64,000 nucleotides of DNA from an uncultured delta proteobacterium (GTDB lineage Bacteria; Desulfobacterota; Binatia; UBA9968), in NCBI GenBank assembly GCA_963745835.1, contig CAVUZH010000003.1, positions 640,001-704,000 of the forward strand, given 5' to 3'. How positions within the stretch are numbered: the first letter of the stretch is position 1; each line of letters starts with the position of its first letter. Positions 48,894-58,697 of the stretch are shown piece by piece. A model generated the notes under the pieces. That model saw nothing but the letters and a program-made list of their open reading frames with translations, had not been told where the DNA came from and searched no databases. Made by a program: the position numbers and the translations under genes.

Positions 48894-50323
48894 TTGGTCG
48901 CCCTAGCACATTGCGCGGTCGTCTGACGCTTTGGTACACCGCTATTCTCAGTGCGACGCTTGCGTTGCTCGGCGGGACATCGGTGGTCCTGCTCGATCAC
49001 GGGCTGCGAAATAACATCGATGATTCGCTCAACTCGGTCGCGCGATCGATCGCCGAGTCGGTGCGGCGTCCGGCAATTTTCGGCTCCGATATTGACGATT
49101 CGCTGCAAGCGCTGCTTGGACCCGAGTTGGCGCAACGGTTTTTCCAACTGCTGGATCCCTTCGGCCGGCTCGATCCCAGAGTGGCGCCGTCGGGAGAATC
49201 GCGTTTGCCTCTCAGCGCCAAGGCTCATCACAATGCCGAGCGAGGCCAGCCAACCTTGGAAACCGTGGCGATCCGCCCCGGATCCAGCAAGTCATTCCGG
49301 CTCCTGACCATGCCGGTGGTGAGGAATGGCGCTACGGTGAACATTGTTCAGGTGGCGATGTCGCTGGAAAATGTCGATGCCGCCCGTTCTAAATTCCTCC
49401 TCACTCTTTTCATCCTCGCCCCGGTCGCTCTGGCCGCATCCGCACTTGGCGGCTGGTTTCTAGCGCGCCGCGCGCTCACTCCCGTGGATGCAATGGTGGA
49501 CGCAGCCCGCCGGATTGAAGCTGAGGACCTATCCAAACGCCTGCCGACGCTGTCCAGCGATGATGAATTGGGTCGGTTGGCAACGGTCCTCAATGATATG
49601 CTTGCGCGACTCGAGCAGTCGTTCGGCGCCGTACGACGTTTTAGCGCCGATGCCGCCCATGAATTGCGCACGCCCTTGACGATTATCAAGGGCGAGATCG
49701 AGGTCGCTCTCAGATCCACTCAAGATCCAGCGGAAATTCGCCAGGCACTGACAAGTTGCCTCGAAGAAGTGGACCGATTAAACGCGCTCATGGAGGACCT
49801 GCTTTTGATGGCGCGCATGGAAGCAAAGGCGTTGAGCACGCCTGCGCGCCTGGTCAATCTGGCTGACGTGGTGCAAGAGGTCGCTCCGGCATTGACCGAG
49901 TTGGCCAGCCGGGCCGGAAATCATTGCACGGTCCTTGCGACGTCGCCGCTCTGGGTCGAGGGTTACGAGTCGCTGCTTTTCCGGCTGGTTTTCAATCTGG
50001 CTGAGAACGCAATCAAATACACCCCCCGCGGCGGCACCATTGATGTCACCCTCGAGCAGCAGGGCAGCGCGGCTGTTTTGCAGGTCAAAGACAATGGAGT
50101 CGGGATTGCTGCCGAAGCGCAGCAGCATATTTTCGACCGCTTCTATCGTGGCGATCCTTCACGAGAAGGCAGCGGCACCGGGCTTGGATTGGCCCTGGTA
50201 CGCTCCATCGCTGAGCTGCACCATGGCCAAATCAGTCTGTCCAGCACGCCTGGACGGGGCACCTGTTTTCGCGTGATTCTGCCGCTTCGAGCCGCACCTT
50301 TATCTTCGCCGCCCGTAGATTAG
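48890..50323 (+). CDS. sensor histidine kinase with HAMP domain (CusS-like)
   Basis: Two TM segments, HAMP (DELGRLA..N.ML.RL), AHELRTPL, NAIKYT, D.G.GI, FDRFYR, GTGLGL. Confidence 0.92.
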   Translation: MIGRPSTLRGRLTLWYTAILSATLALLGGTSVVLLDHGLRNNIDDSLNSVARSIAESVRRPAIFGSDIDDSLQALLGPELAQRFFQLLDPFGRLDPRVAPSGESRLPLSAKAHHNAERGQPTLETVAIRPGSSKSFRLLTMPVVRNGATVNIVQVAMSLENVDAARSKFLLTLFILAPVALAASALGGWFLARRALTPVDAMVDAARRIEAEDLSKRLPTLSSDDELGRLATVLNDMLARLEQSFGAVRRFSADAAHELRTPLTIIKGEIEVALRSTQDPAEIRQALTSCLEEVDRLNALMEDLLLMARMEAKALSTPARLVNLADVVQEVAPALTELASRAGNHCTVLATSPLWVEGYESLLFRLVFNLAENAIKYTPRGGTIDVTLEQQGSAAVLQVKDNGVGIAAEAQQHIFDRFYRGDPSREGSGTGLGLALVRSIAELHHGQISLSSTPGRGTCFRVILPLRAAPLSSPPVD

Positions 50324-50329
50324 AAGATT

Positions 50330-50356
50330 CTAATTCTTTCCTCATTCTCCTCTAAT
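50330..50356 (+). promoter_or_regulatory. putative OmpR-family binding site (three 11-bp-spaced direct repeats)
   Basis: CTAAT (50330), CTCAT (50341), CTAAT (50352) upstream of degP. Confidence 0.55.
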
Positions 50357-50425
50357 CCTTGCGACTTAAACTACGCTTTGAAAGGTATTAGCGTTTTATC
50401 GTTCACAAAACGAAGGAGGAGAAGA

Positions 50426-51877
50426 ATGATAGCGAAGAGAAATTTTATCGTGGCCAGCTTGGCGGTTGCGCTGGTCGGTGGTGGATTTGCAATCGCCCGA
50501 GAGAGCCAGAACACGACATTGCCGGTCCAAGCGCGTACAGATGACCCGAGTTCTGCGTCGCGCGCTTCTTTGCCGGCGTTTGCCGATCTGGCTGAGCGCG
50601 TCTCGCCGGCAGTGGTCAATATCAAGGTGACTGCGGTTGCGAGGACCAATCTTCCGGATGAGTCTTACGGCGAGAACTTTCCGTTTCCCGGTTATCGCAG
50701 TCCTGTTCCCCAACAACCCCGTGAGTTCAGGCGGCAAGGGAGCGGATCGGGATTCATCATTCGCAAGGATGGGCTGATCCTGACTAACAACCACGTCGTC
50801 GAAAAAGCTCAGGAGATCACGGTGACTTTGAGCGACAAACAGCAGTATAAGGCCAGAATTCTAGGACGAGATCCGAAGACCGACCTGGCGGTTATCAAGA
50901 TCGATCCCAAAGCGGCAATGCCGACCGCGCCTCTCGGCAATTCCGATGAGCTCAGAGTAGGGGATTGGGTGATGGCAATCGGCAACCCGTTCGGTTTGAG
51001 CAACACGGTTACGTCGGGAATCGTCAGCGCCAAGGGAAGAACGATCGGCGCCGGGCCATACGATGATTTTATTCAAACCGATGCATCGATCAATCCCGGC
51101 AACTCCGGCGGTCCTCTTTTCAACATGGCTGGTGAGGTGGTCGGCATCAACACGGCGATTTTCAGCCAGGGAGGCGGCAATATTGGAATAGGCTTCGCCA
51201 TTCCGGTGAATCTGGTGAAGAATTTGGTTCCGGAATTGGAGACCAAGGGAACGGTCACGCGCGGCTGGCTCGGTGTGTCGGTTCAGCCGGTGACGCCGGA
51301 TCTCGCGCGCTCATTCAATTTGGATAAAGAGCAGGGCGCGCTGGTGGGTGATGTGACGGCGCAAGGCCCGGCGGAAAAAGCCGGCATCAAACGCGGTGAC
51401 GTGATCGTCAGTTACGACGGCAAGAAGATCCAGGAGACGGCGAGTTTGCCGGCGCTGGTGGCTGCCACGCCGGTGGGTAAGACCGTTGCGGTCGAGGTCA
51501 TGCGCGATGGCAAAATGCAATCGGTCAATGTCACCATTGCTAAACTCAACGAGCAGACTGCGGCTCTAGAGCCGCAGCAGGAGAAGGGCGAGTGGGGATT
51601 GGCGCTGCAGAACATCCCGCCTGAGCAGCGGCGCACAATGAACCTTCCTGGCAAAGAAGGCGTGCTGGTAACGGCTGTCGTGCCCGGTAGCCCGGCCGCC
51701 AACGCGAACATCCAAGCAGGGGATGTGATCTTGCAGGTCAACCGAGCTCCGGTGGAGTCCGTGCAAGGCATGAAAGATGAAATTGCCAAGAGCAAAGGAG
51801 ACAAGCCGCTGCTGCTATTGCTCCGGCGCGCCGATGGCAGTACGTCTTATGCCGCTTTGTCGCGCAACGTCGGATAG
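50426..51877 (+). CDS. DegP/DegQ (HtrA) periplasmic serine protease, two PDZ domains
   Basis: GSGSGF, TNNHVV, DLAV.K, IQTDASINPGNSGGPL, two PDZ domains; signal peptide. Confidence 0.93.
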   Translation: MIAKRNFIVASLAVALVGGGFAIARESQNTTLPVQARTDDPSSASRASLPAFADLAERVSPAVVNIKVTAVARTNLPDESYGENFPFPGYRSPVPQQPREFRRQGSGSGFIIRKDGLILTNNHVVEKAQEITVTLSDKQQYKARILGRDPKTDLAVIKIDPKAAMPTAPLGNSDELRVGDWVMAIGNPFGLSNTVTSGIVSAKGRTIGAGPYDDFIQTDASINPGNSGGPLFNMAGEVVGINTAIFSQGGGNIGIGFAIPVNLVKNLVPELETKGTVTRGWLGVSVQPVTPDLARSFNLDKEQGALVGDVTAQGPAEKAGIKRGDVIVSYDGKKIQETASLPALVAATPVGKTVAVEVMRDGKMQSVNVTIAKLNEQTAALEPQQEKGEWGLALQNIPPEQRRTMNLPGKEGVLVTAVVPGSPAANANIQAGDVILQVNRAPVESVQGMKDEIAKSKGDKPLLLLLRRADGSTSYAALSRNVG

Positions 51878-51905
51878 ATGCTGCAGTCCGGTCTTTCCTG
51901 AACAA

Positions 51906-51947
51906 CCAACGGGATAGGGTGGCTCTTCAGCCAGCCTATCCCGTTGG
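51906..51947 (+). terminator. long hairpin downstream of degP
   Basis: CCAACGGGATAGG / CCTATCCCGTTGG plus inner TGGCT/AGCCA. Confidence 0.55.
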
Positions 51948-52112
51948 ATCCCGCCCTCGGCGATCACAGAAAAGTTCCCCCAACCGCGCACTCATCTTGT
52001 CGCTTTTCATTGCGGCGGAAACGAAGCTCGAGAATCGCCGTTGGCAGGCCATCGAAAGATCAATGATCGTGAGAGGCGACAGACGGCTTTCCAAGTGTCT
52101 GGGTGAATTCAC

Positions 52113-52496
52113 ATGGATTTAAAGATTAAGTTACTCGAATTATTCGAGGGATCATACTATCTGATCGTCATCGCCCAGGGAATAATCGACAGTGAAGCAT
52201 TGAAACGGGTGTTTACTGACGTTCAAGAAATCACCCGGCCACTTCTCCATTGCAAGGTGTTCATCGATTTCGAAGAGGCAAGTCTCCAGGTCCGAGCTAC
52301 AGCTCTTCACGCAATTGCCAATCAACTAGAGCTTCATTCGAGAACTAGTGCTACTAAGATGGCCGTCGTTTCCTCGGAGTCCGACCGTTGCGGGCGACTG
52401 CAGCTGCTGCGTGATTCGCTCTGTAGCCGCGGCTTCAGAGTGGCCGTGTTTGATAACACCACGAGTGCCGCCGCTTGGCTCAGCGAAGAGATGTAG
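52113..52496 (+). CDS. hypothetical protein, STAS/SpoIIAA-like
   Basis: 127 aa; V.ID, K.AVV and F.....A.AWL ending typical of SpoIIAA-like small proteins. Confidence 0.55.
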   Translation: MDLKIKLLELFEGSYYLIVIAQGIIDSEALKRVFTDVQEITRPLLHCKVFIDFEEASLQVRATALHAIANQLELHSRTSATKMAVVSSESDRCGRLQLLRDSLCSRGFRVAVFDNTTSAAAWLSEEM

Positions 52497-52796
52497 CGCA
52501 CGCACAGCGTTCCGACAGGCAATCTCTTCGAAAATTTCTCATCCAATGATCATTGCCGGGCTCTGCCAACTCACGGCTTTGTTTGCGCTGCTCTAGAATT
52601 TCCTGGCGGATAATTCCGACGATCAATTCCCAAGTCGTTATGCTCTTTGCCATGAAGATGGCGCGAACTTTCGGATTGACGAGAGGGATAAAATTGAAAT
52701 AAGAGAAACGGATAATCGTAATCGCCTGGGTATCGCATCAACAACTGCGATGGCGGCTCGATTCGTATCAAAACAGGTGTTAAATCCGGAGGAAGA

Positions 52797-53228
52797 GTGG
52801 ATTGGTTATTTCAAACGACTGACTCGTTGTCCTATGTGTTTTTACGTTTTGGCTTGGCGGTGACGTTTTTTTTTCACGGTACCCAGCATGCATTCGGCTG
52901 GCACGGGGGCAAAGGCATCAAAGATCAGGTTGCTAACTGGCGCAACAAGTATCACATTCCTGTTGCCATCGGCATGTTCGGCACCTTCGTCGAACTATTT
53001 ACCGTAGTCTCGATGGCGCTTGGTTTCTTAGTCCGCCCCGCAGCTTTCTTTCTGGCGATCTTCATCGCGACGGCCATGTTCAAAAGCCATTGGGGTCACG
53101 GTTTTTTTCTGCAGCAAAAAGGCGGTGGAAGCGGCATCGAATATACCCTTGCGCTGCTGCTCATGGCGTTGGCGCTTGTGTTTGGCGGCGCCGGGGCGTT
53201 CTCAATCGACCGGATGATCAGTCGCTAG
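52797..53228 (+). CDS. DoxX family membrane protein
   Basis: LR..L...F..HG.Q..FGW.GG.G, E......LG..VR.AA, G.EY.L, G.G..S.D. Confidence 0.88.
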   Translation: MDWLFQTTDSLSYVFLRFGLAVTFFFHGTQHAFGWHGGKGIKDQVANWRNKYHIPVAIGMFGTFVELFTVVSMALGFLVRPAAFFLAIFIATAMFKSHWGHGFFLQQKGGGSGIEYTLALLLMALALVFGGAGAFSIDRMISR

Positions 53229-53339
53229 AATTCCTCAGGCCCTATTAAGAGCTGTACCATAATGGCCCAGCTCTTTCGTGAAAATTATTAAGTATTAAAT
53301 CGATGATTCATTAGCTGATCATTGAAAGGAGAGTTACGG

Positions 53340-55172
53340 ATGGAAATAGGCGGAACAAAGAGCGATCTCTCACGACGTGACTTGGTGACAACCACGGCAA
53401 CCGCGGATGACGGGGATGAGAGCTTCGGACCCGGCACCTTGGGCGCCAGCTATGGGAAGGTGCCGCAGAGCTGGGATTTTGAAGCCGACGTGGTCGTGAT
53501 AGGTTCGGGGGCCGCCGGTCTTCCCGCCGCTATCCGAGCGGTCGAAGAGGGCGCTTCAGTGATCGTGGTCGAAGCCAATTACGACGTCGGCGGCCACGCC
53601 ATCTTGAGCGGCGGCAATGTTCCGCTCGGCGGCGGCACCAGCGCCCAGAGAAAATTCGGTATCGAGGATTCTCCTGATGTGGTCTTTAGCGATCTGACCG
53701 ACTGGTCGATTGTGCAGCCGAATGGTTGGCCGGATTACCGCTACAACGATCGTGAGGTGATGCGCGCCTTTGCTGATCACTGCGCGCCGACTTATGAGTT
53801 TCTTGTCGCCAATGGCGTGGAGTTCAAGGACATCCCGCCGGACAACCAAGGGGCGCATACCACCGGCAACTCGGCGCCGCGGGAAAATCATACGTTCTGG
53901 AAGAAGGGCGCGGGGCCGGAAAGCCCTAACGCCCGCCCGGGAACCGGTCTTATCCGGCCGCTCGAGGCAAGCGCGCGCAAGAAGGGCGTAAAGTTCCTGT
54001 TAAACTATAAGATGACAAGCTTGATCCGTGAGACGCAAGGCGCGCGGCGGGTGGTCGGGATGGCAGCGTACTACCGCCCGCGGATTATGCCAGGTGAGTC
54101 GAAACCGCTGAAAAGCTTTCGCACCGATGGCAATATCGACAGCACCAAGCACAACGTGAACATTCGCGCCAAAAAGGGGATCATCGTCGCCACCGGCGGG
54201 ATGACCAGTAATTTGCCTTTCCGCCGCATGTTCGACCCGCGTCTAACCGATGTCTTGCAGGTTGCCGGAGAGCCTTACTCCTACCAGGACGCCAGCGGCG
54301 AACTGGCTGGCATGGCCATTGGCGCATCGCTCTGGGGCTTTGCCAATCAGATTTTGGAAAACGGCGATAACATCCGGACCCAACGCGCCATCGGCACAAA
54401 ATTCAACTACATGACGTGGGAGCTCGAGAGCCCGATCTTCCCGGTGGTTAAAGCCCAGGGATTGAGCGTCAAGAATTGGCACGATCTCATTTTAGTCAAT
54501 CAGGTGGGCAAGAGATTCTATGATGAGACCAAGGGTGACTACCCGCACGGCAATGTGTGCAATGATATTTGCCCTTACACGCCCAACGATTATCGCAACA
54601 ATGAGAACATAGAATTTCATCCGACGAAGTATAACTTTTTCAACGCCGCCGTGGCGATGAACGAGTATTCCCAGCCGCCGGATTATTCCCCGGGTCCGGT
54701 ATGGGCGATTTTTGACGCCGACGCGGTCAATCGTAATGGTTGGAATGTGGCGCCGCCGTACGTGGATCCCGACGGGTATTTTTTCAGCGCAAACACGCTT
54801 GCGGATTTGACCGCAGCTATAAAGAACGAGTATCAGGCCAAGCCGATGAATGGCGCAACCTTGGAAGCGACGGTGGCCCGGTACAACTCGTTTGTCGATG
54901 CCGGAGAAGATAAAGATTTCGGCAAGCCGACGCCCAAATTTAAGATTCAGACGCCGCCGTTTTACGCTGCCTGGGGAACCCCGCTGGTTCACGACACTCG
55001 CACCGGTTTACGCATCAATGCGAAATGCCAGGTGATCGACCTAAACGGAAAGCTGATCCCGGGACTCTATTGCGCCGGCGAGTCGGCAGGCGGTTTTAAT
55101 CAGCACGGCATGGGGCGCTGCGCGACTCAGGGTTTCATCGCCGGCCGGAGTGCGGCGGTGGAGAAGGCCTAG
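53340..55172 (+). CDS. FAD-binding flavoprotein (fumarate reductase/flavocytochrome c/KstD-like family)
   Basis: DVVVIGSGAAG, GG....SGG, ATGG, VNQ.GKRF.DE, PPFYA, T..GL.IN...QV, IPGLY.AGE..GG. Confidence 0.85.
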   Translation: MEIGGTKSDLSRRDLVTTTATADDGDESFGPGTLGASYGKVPQSWDFEADVVVIGSGAAGLPAAIRAVEEGASVIVVEANYDVGGHAILSGGNVPLGGGTSAQRKFGIEDSPDVVFSDLTDWSIVQPNGWPDYRYNDREVMRAFADHCAPTYEFLVANGVEFKDIPPDNQGAHTTGNSAPRENHTFWKKGAGPESPNARPGTGLIRPLEASARKKGVKFLLNYKMTSLIRETQGARRVVGMAAYYRPRIMPGESKPLKSFRTDGNIDSTKHNVNIRAKKGIIVATGGMTSNLPFRRMFDPRLTDVLQVAGEPYSYQDASGELAGMAIGASLWGFANQILENGDNIRTQRAIGTKFNYMTWELESPIFPVVKAQGLSVKNWHDLILVNQVGKRFYDETKGDYPHGNVCNDICPYTPNDYRNNENIEFHPTKYNFFNAAVAMNEYSQPPDYSPGPVWAIFDADAVNRNGWNVAPPYVDPDGYFFSANTLADLTAAIKNEYQAKPMNGATLEATVARYNSFVDAGEDKDFGKPTPKFKIQTPPFYAAWGTPLVHDTRTGLRINAKCQVIDLNGKLIPGLYCAGESAGGFNQHGMGRCATQGFIAGRSAAVEKA

Positions 55173-55322
55173 AGAGAGATCCTTCAGTGTTACCGAGAAC
55201 CAGCACAAACACATTGACGTTATTGCAGAGTACTTTGATGTGATGCCGAAGTGATCATTTTTGTTGCACACACTAAAAGCTTTACCCGCCGGTGGTTTAG
55301 TAGATAGGCAGCTCGAAACCAA

Positions 55323-55360
55323 AAAGAAGGAGGTTTCCGCCAAGGCGGACCTCCTTCTTT
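55323..55360. terminator. bidirectional terminator between convergent genes
   Basis: AAAGAAGGAGG...CCTCCTTCTTT with inner TCCGCC/GGCGGA. Confidence 0.65.
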
Positions 55361-55398
55361 CGAATGCGATCTCGAGAGACTTGCAGCTAGTTTGGCCG

Positions 55399-56262
55399 CT
55401 AAGCAGCTCGCCGAAACGTGCTTAACTGCCGGGCGATAAAATCCTTGACCATCTCGGCGGCTCGATCGGTCTGCGGTCCGGGTTCGGCGACCCACCTGTG
55501 TTCGCAGCCTGCGAAGATTTCCAGTTCACAGTCACCTCCGGCGGCGCGGTAGGATGCGGCGAACTTTTCCTGAGCCGATGGCAGCACATTGTCGTCCAAT
55601 TCACCCTGCATAATCAGCAGCGGCCGCAAGGTTACCGCCTCGCCGCGATCAAGAATTTCCTGTGGATTGCCTTCGTGGATGGTTTCCCATGGATTAAAAT
55701 AATTTTTGCTGTATCGCACCATCTCCTCGCGACCCATTTTCTCGGCGTGGTTAAACCGAGTAAAGGGATCACTTACCGGTGATCGCGTCGCCAAGTAGGC
55801 CAACGTGGCGTCGATATCTGCCGCTTCCGCCAGTGAATGCGCGCTGTAGCGCGGATCATGCGGGCGCATGGCGCAAAGTTCCATCACATGGCCTCCGCTG
55901 GAGCTGCCGAGCGCGCCGACCGTCTCCGGATCGCCGTTCCACTTGGCTGCGTTCGCTTTCAGCCAGCGCACCCCATAGTTGGCGTCTTGCACGGAAGCCG
56001 GATAAGGCGCTTCCGGCGCAACGGTCAGGTCGATGGCGACGACGAGAAGGCCGCTGGCCGCGAGTTTCTCGTCCATCGGAGCATTGGCTGTGCGGTCCTG
56101 GTTGTTCCACGCGCCGCCATGCACATCTAACAATGCCGGAAACGGCCCATCGCCTTGCGGCTGATAAATTCTTGCCATCAAGGTTCGCGCCGGAGCGCGA
56201 CGAAATTCCACTTCCGAAATCTTTACTTCAAAATTATCCGCGGGATTGTAGGCAAGACTCAT
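55399..56262 (-). CDS. alpha/beta hydrolase (HSL/Aes-like)
   Basis: HGGAW oxyanion motif, APE.PYPA...D, GSSSGGH nucleophile elbow, G..D, H. Confidence 0.88.
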   Translation of the reverse strand: MSLAYNPADNFEVKISEVEFRRAPARTLMARIYQPQGDGPFPALLDVHGGAWNNQDRTANAPMDEKLAASGLLVVAIDLTVAPEAPYPASVQDANYGVRWLKANAAKWNGDPETVGALGSSSGGHVMELCAMRPHDPRYSAHSLAEAADIDATLAYLATRSPVSDPFTRFNHAEKMGREEMVRYSKNYFNPWETIHEGNPQEILDRGEAVTLRPLLIMQGELDDNVLPSAQEKFAASYRAAGGDCELEIFAGCEHRWVAEPGPQTDRAAEMVKDFIARQLSTFRRAA

Positions 56263-56468
56263 GCTATCACCCTCCTGTGATGTTCAACGGACAAAATTCA
56301 AACGTAAATCGTTAAGGTACCAGGCCTCCACTGCTTCACACTCTCCCGGATGATACGCCGGTTAGGTTCAAAGCATCGACGAAGTTATCAATTGAGTATG
56401 GTTCCGGCGCGCTCTTAGCGCGCGCCAAACTGCCTGCGAGCAACCATTCCGAAACAGAAACTCAAAAA

Positions 56469-56663
56469 CTAGTCGTGCGCTGCTTCAGCGTTACCTCGAA
56501 TCCATTCTTTGATGCCGGTTTCTTCTTCGTCCTTGTGCGCATGGTGTGTTTTGGCGTGGAGCCATCCAAGCTCGACGACTTCGTCGATCGATCCCGAGAT
56601 GGTTACCGTGCAGCCCTGATCGCTGGGAAATTTTCTGCAATCGACTTTGTATCGATCGGCCAT
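56469..56663 (-). CDS. small DUF1059-like metal-binding protein
   Basis: MADRYKVDCRKFPSDQGCTVTISG..DEV......HA...H.H; RBS AAAGGAG before ATG56663. Confidence 0.75.
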   Translation of the reverse strand: MADRYKVDCRKFPSDQGCTVTISGSIDEVVELGWLHAKTHHAHKDEEETGIKEWIRGNAEAAHD

Positions 56664-56860
56664 TTGAACAATCTCCTTTCGCCACAGGATTGTTTTGTCT
56701 GCTTCTGCCATATTACCGGTTGTAGGGAATTGCAACCGGAATTTCGATGTGAAACGGATACAAGTTGCCTGATCTGCCAGAAAAATGGTCACTACTGTTC
56801 GGGAGCGGGAATATATGATTTGATTAGATCACGGCGAGATCTAAACTGGAGGAACGGGTA

Positions 56861-57878
56861 ATGAGGGTAAAATCTCTATTGGCTGGATTGTTGGCGCTTT
56901 GTATCGTTCTCAGTTTCAGCGCATCTGCGCCGGCGCAATCTTCGAAGCTGTCGCAGTTAAAATTGGCCGTTTCTACTGCGACTCCGCATAACACCCCGCT
57001 TTGGGTCGCTAAGGGACAAGAAAATATTCGAAAAGTATGGGCTCGATGTCCAGATGTTATTTGTCATGGGCGGATCGCTCGTTAGCCAGATGTTGGCGGC
57101 CGGTGAAATCCAGGTGGCGGCAAATGCGCCCGCCGCTCTGGTGAGTCTAATTGCCGGTGGCGCCGACATCGCCATGTTTCTGGGAATCAGCAACACGTCA
57201 CCTTTTACTTTGATCACGCAGCCTGCGATCAAGACCGCGGCAGATCTCAAGGGGAAGCGCCTCGGCACGGCACGATTCGGCGGCTCCTCCCATATTTCAG
57301 CTTTGATTGCTCTGGACCACCTGGACCTGGATCCAAAGCGAGACAGGATCATACTGATGCAAACCGGCCTGGACCCAGAACGGATGGCGGCGCTGGAGCA
57401 AAAGGGGCTCGATGCCGCGATGCTGCAGCGGCTTGCTACCAAAACGATGATTGGCAAGGGGTATACCCAACTGTTAAATCTCAATCAGGCGAAGATTCCG
57501 TACCAGAATACGGTGCTGGCCTCGCGCAGAGATCAGATGGCGGCAAATCCGAAACTCTATGACAGCTTCATTCGCGCCGTAGTCGAAGGTTACGCTTACG
57601 TGTTTAACAAAGAAAACAAGCAATCGGTTAAGGAGGTTCTGGCGAGAAATCTTAGATTGCCCAACCCGGACGCGGCCGAAGATTTCTACGCAGAGGCCCT
57701 TGAGGAACTCGATCGCAAACCTTATCCGACGGTCGAAGGAACCCAAACTGTGATCAAATACGTTGCGGAGCAAAATCCGAAAGTGGCCTCAGTCAAAGCT
57801 GAGCGGATCGTCGATTCCAGCTGGCTAAAAAAACTCGACGACGAGGGATTCTTCGATAAGGTCTATAAGAGCAAATAG
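56861..57878 (+). CDS. NMT1/SsuA-family substrate-binding protein (split by extra G at 57013-57015)
   Basis: Signal peptide and PLWVAK in ORF 56861; DKKIFEKYGLDVQ...DLKGKRLG..RFGGSSH...PYPT.EG...VDSSWLKKLDDEGF in the frame of ORF 57054. Confidence 0.85.
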
Positions 57879-58555
57879 CCGGATGTGGTTGCGGCGCACT
57901 GTTCGAGCCGTACATATCTTATAACTAAACGCGTTCTTCGAGTAAATGTCCAAAATGCCGTGCTGAGACTATGAATGTATTCTCAGTGTAAAGGGTTCCG
58001 ATGCGAACGATCGAACCGAGGCTGATGCTCTTGCCGTCAGGCGCGATGCCGTTCAGCGCCAGAGTTCTCGTCGGCGAGAAGTGAGTCTAGTTCTCATCGG
58101 TCGGCCCCGGCTTCAGTTCCCGGTACTCATCATTCCAAGAGCGATGCTCTAACGATTACAGCGGCGTCGGAAGTGACTTTGCTTACCGGTCCTATGTTGA
58201 TCGCCGACGCCGCGATCATCTTCCCGTCGATCATTCATTTACCTATCAAAATAACCAAGGTCAGCGACATTTTTCACGGATATCAATTGCGCACGTCTGT
58301 GACCCACAGCATCCGACGATAGCTTGCCTCCCCGGTTGGCGGAACGGGGACAGTTCTCGGCGGCCAGCAAAGCCACAGTCAGAAAATCTTTGCATTTTTA
58401 CTGGTCCCCTGAGTCTTAGCGGGGCGAAATGCAGTGTTTGTGCACGGAAGCTTATGCCCAGATATCCGTGCGCGCGCTTATCGGCTCCGATGCTGGAACG
58501 CCTGTAAGTCATTTTTCATCGAAACCGACCGTCGTCCCTTCTAGGAACTCACGCC

Positions 58556-58671
58556 GAGCTGTAACTTTATAACAGTAGAGCTCTACAGTATAAAATCTTC
58601 AGCTGATAGGGGCTTGCATTTGAGCTCTGGATTATGTTATCGCCAGCTCATGAGAACAACTCCGAGAGCTC
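58556..58671. promoter_or_regulatory. phased array of six S-AGCT-S boxes, exact 22-bp period
   Basis: AGCT starts at 58557, 58579, 58601, 58623, 58645, 58667 (GAGCTG, GAGCTC, CAGCTG, GAGCTC, CAGCTC, GAGCTC); spacers unrelated; ends 27 bp before the dndB ATG. The pattern is certain, the function inferred. Confidence 0.75.
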
Positions 58672-58697
58672 AGCATGCTGCGAGGTGAGGTGATTCA

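Noticed and set aside
58556-58671. Phased AGCT array as a mini-CRISPR or a decayed 22-bp tandem repeat
   Set aside because: The constant part is only 4-6 bp and there are no cas genes. The 16-bp spacers share no similarity, unlike a decayed tandem duplication.
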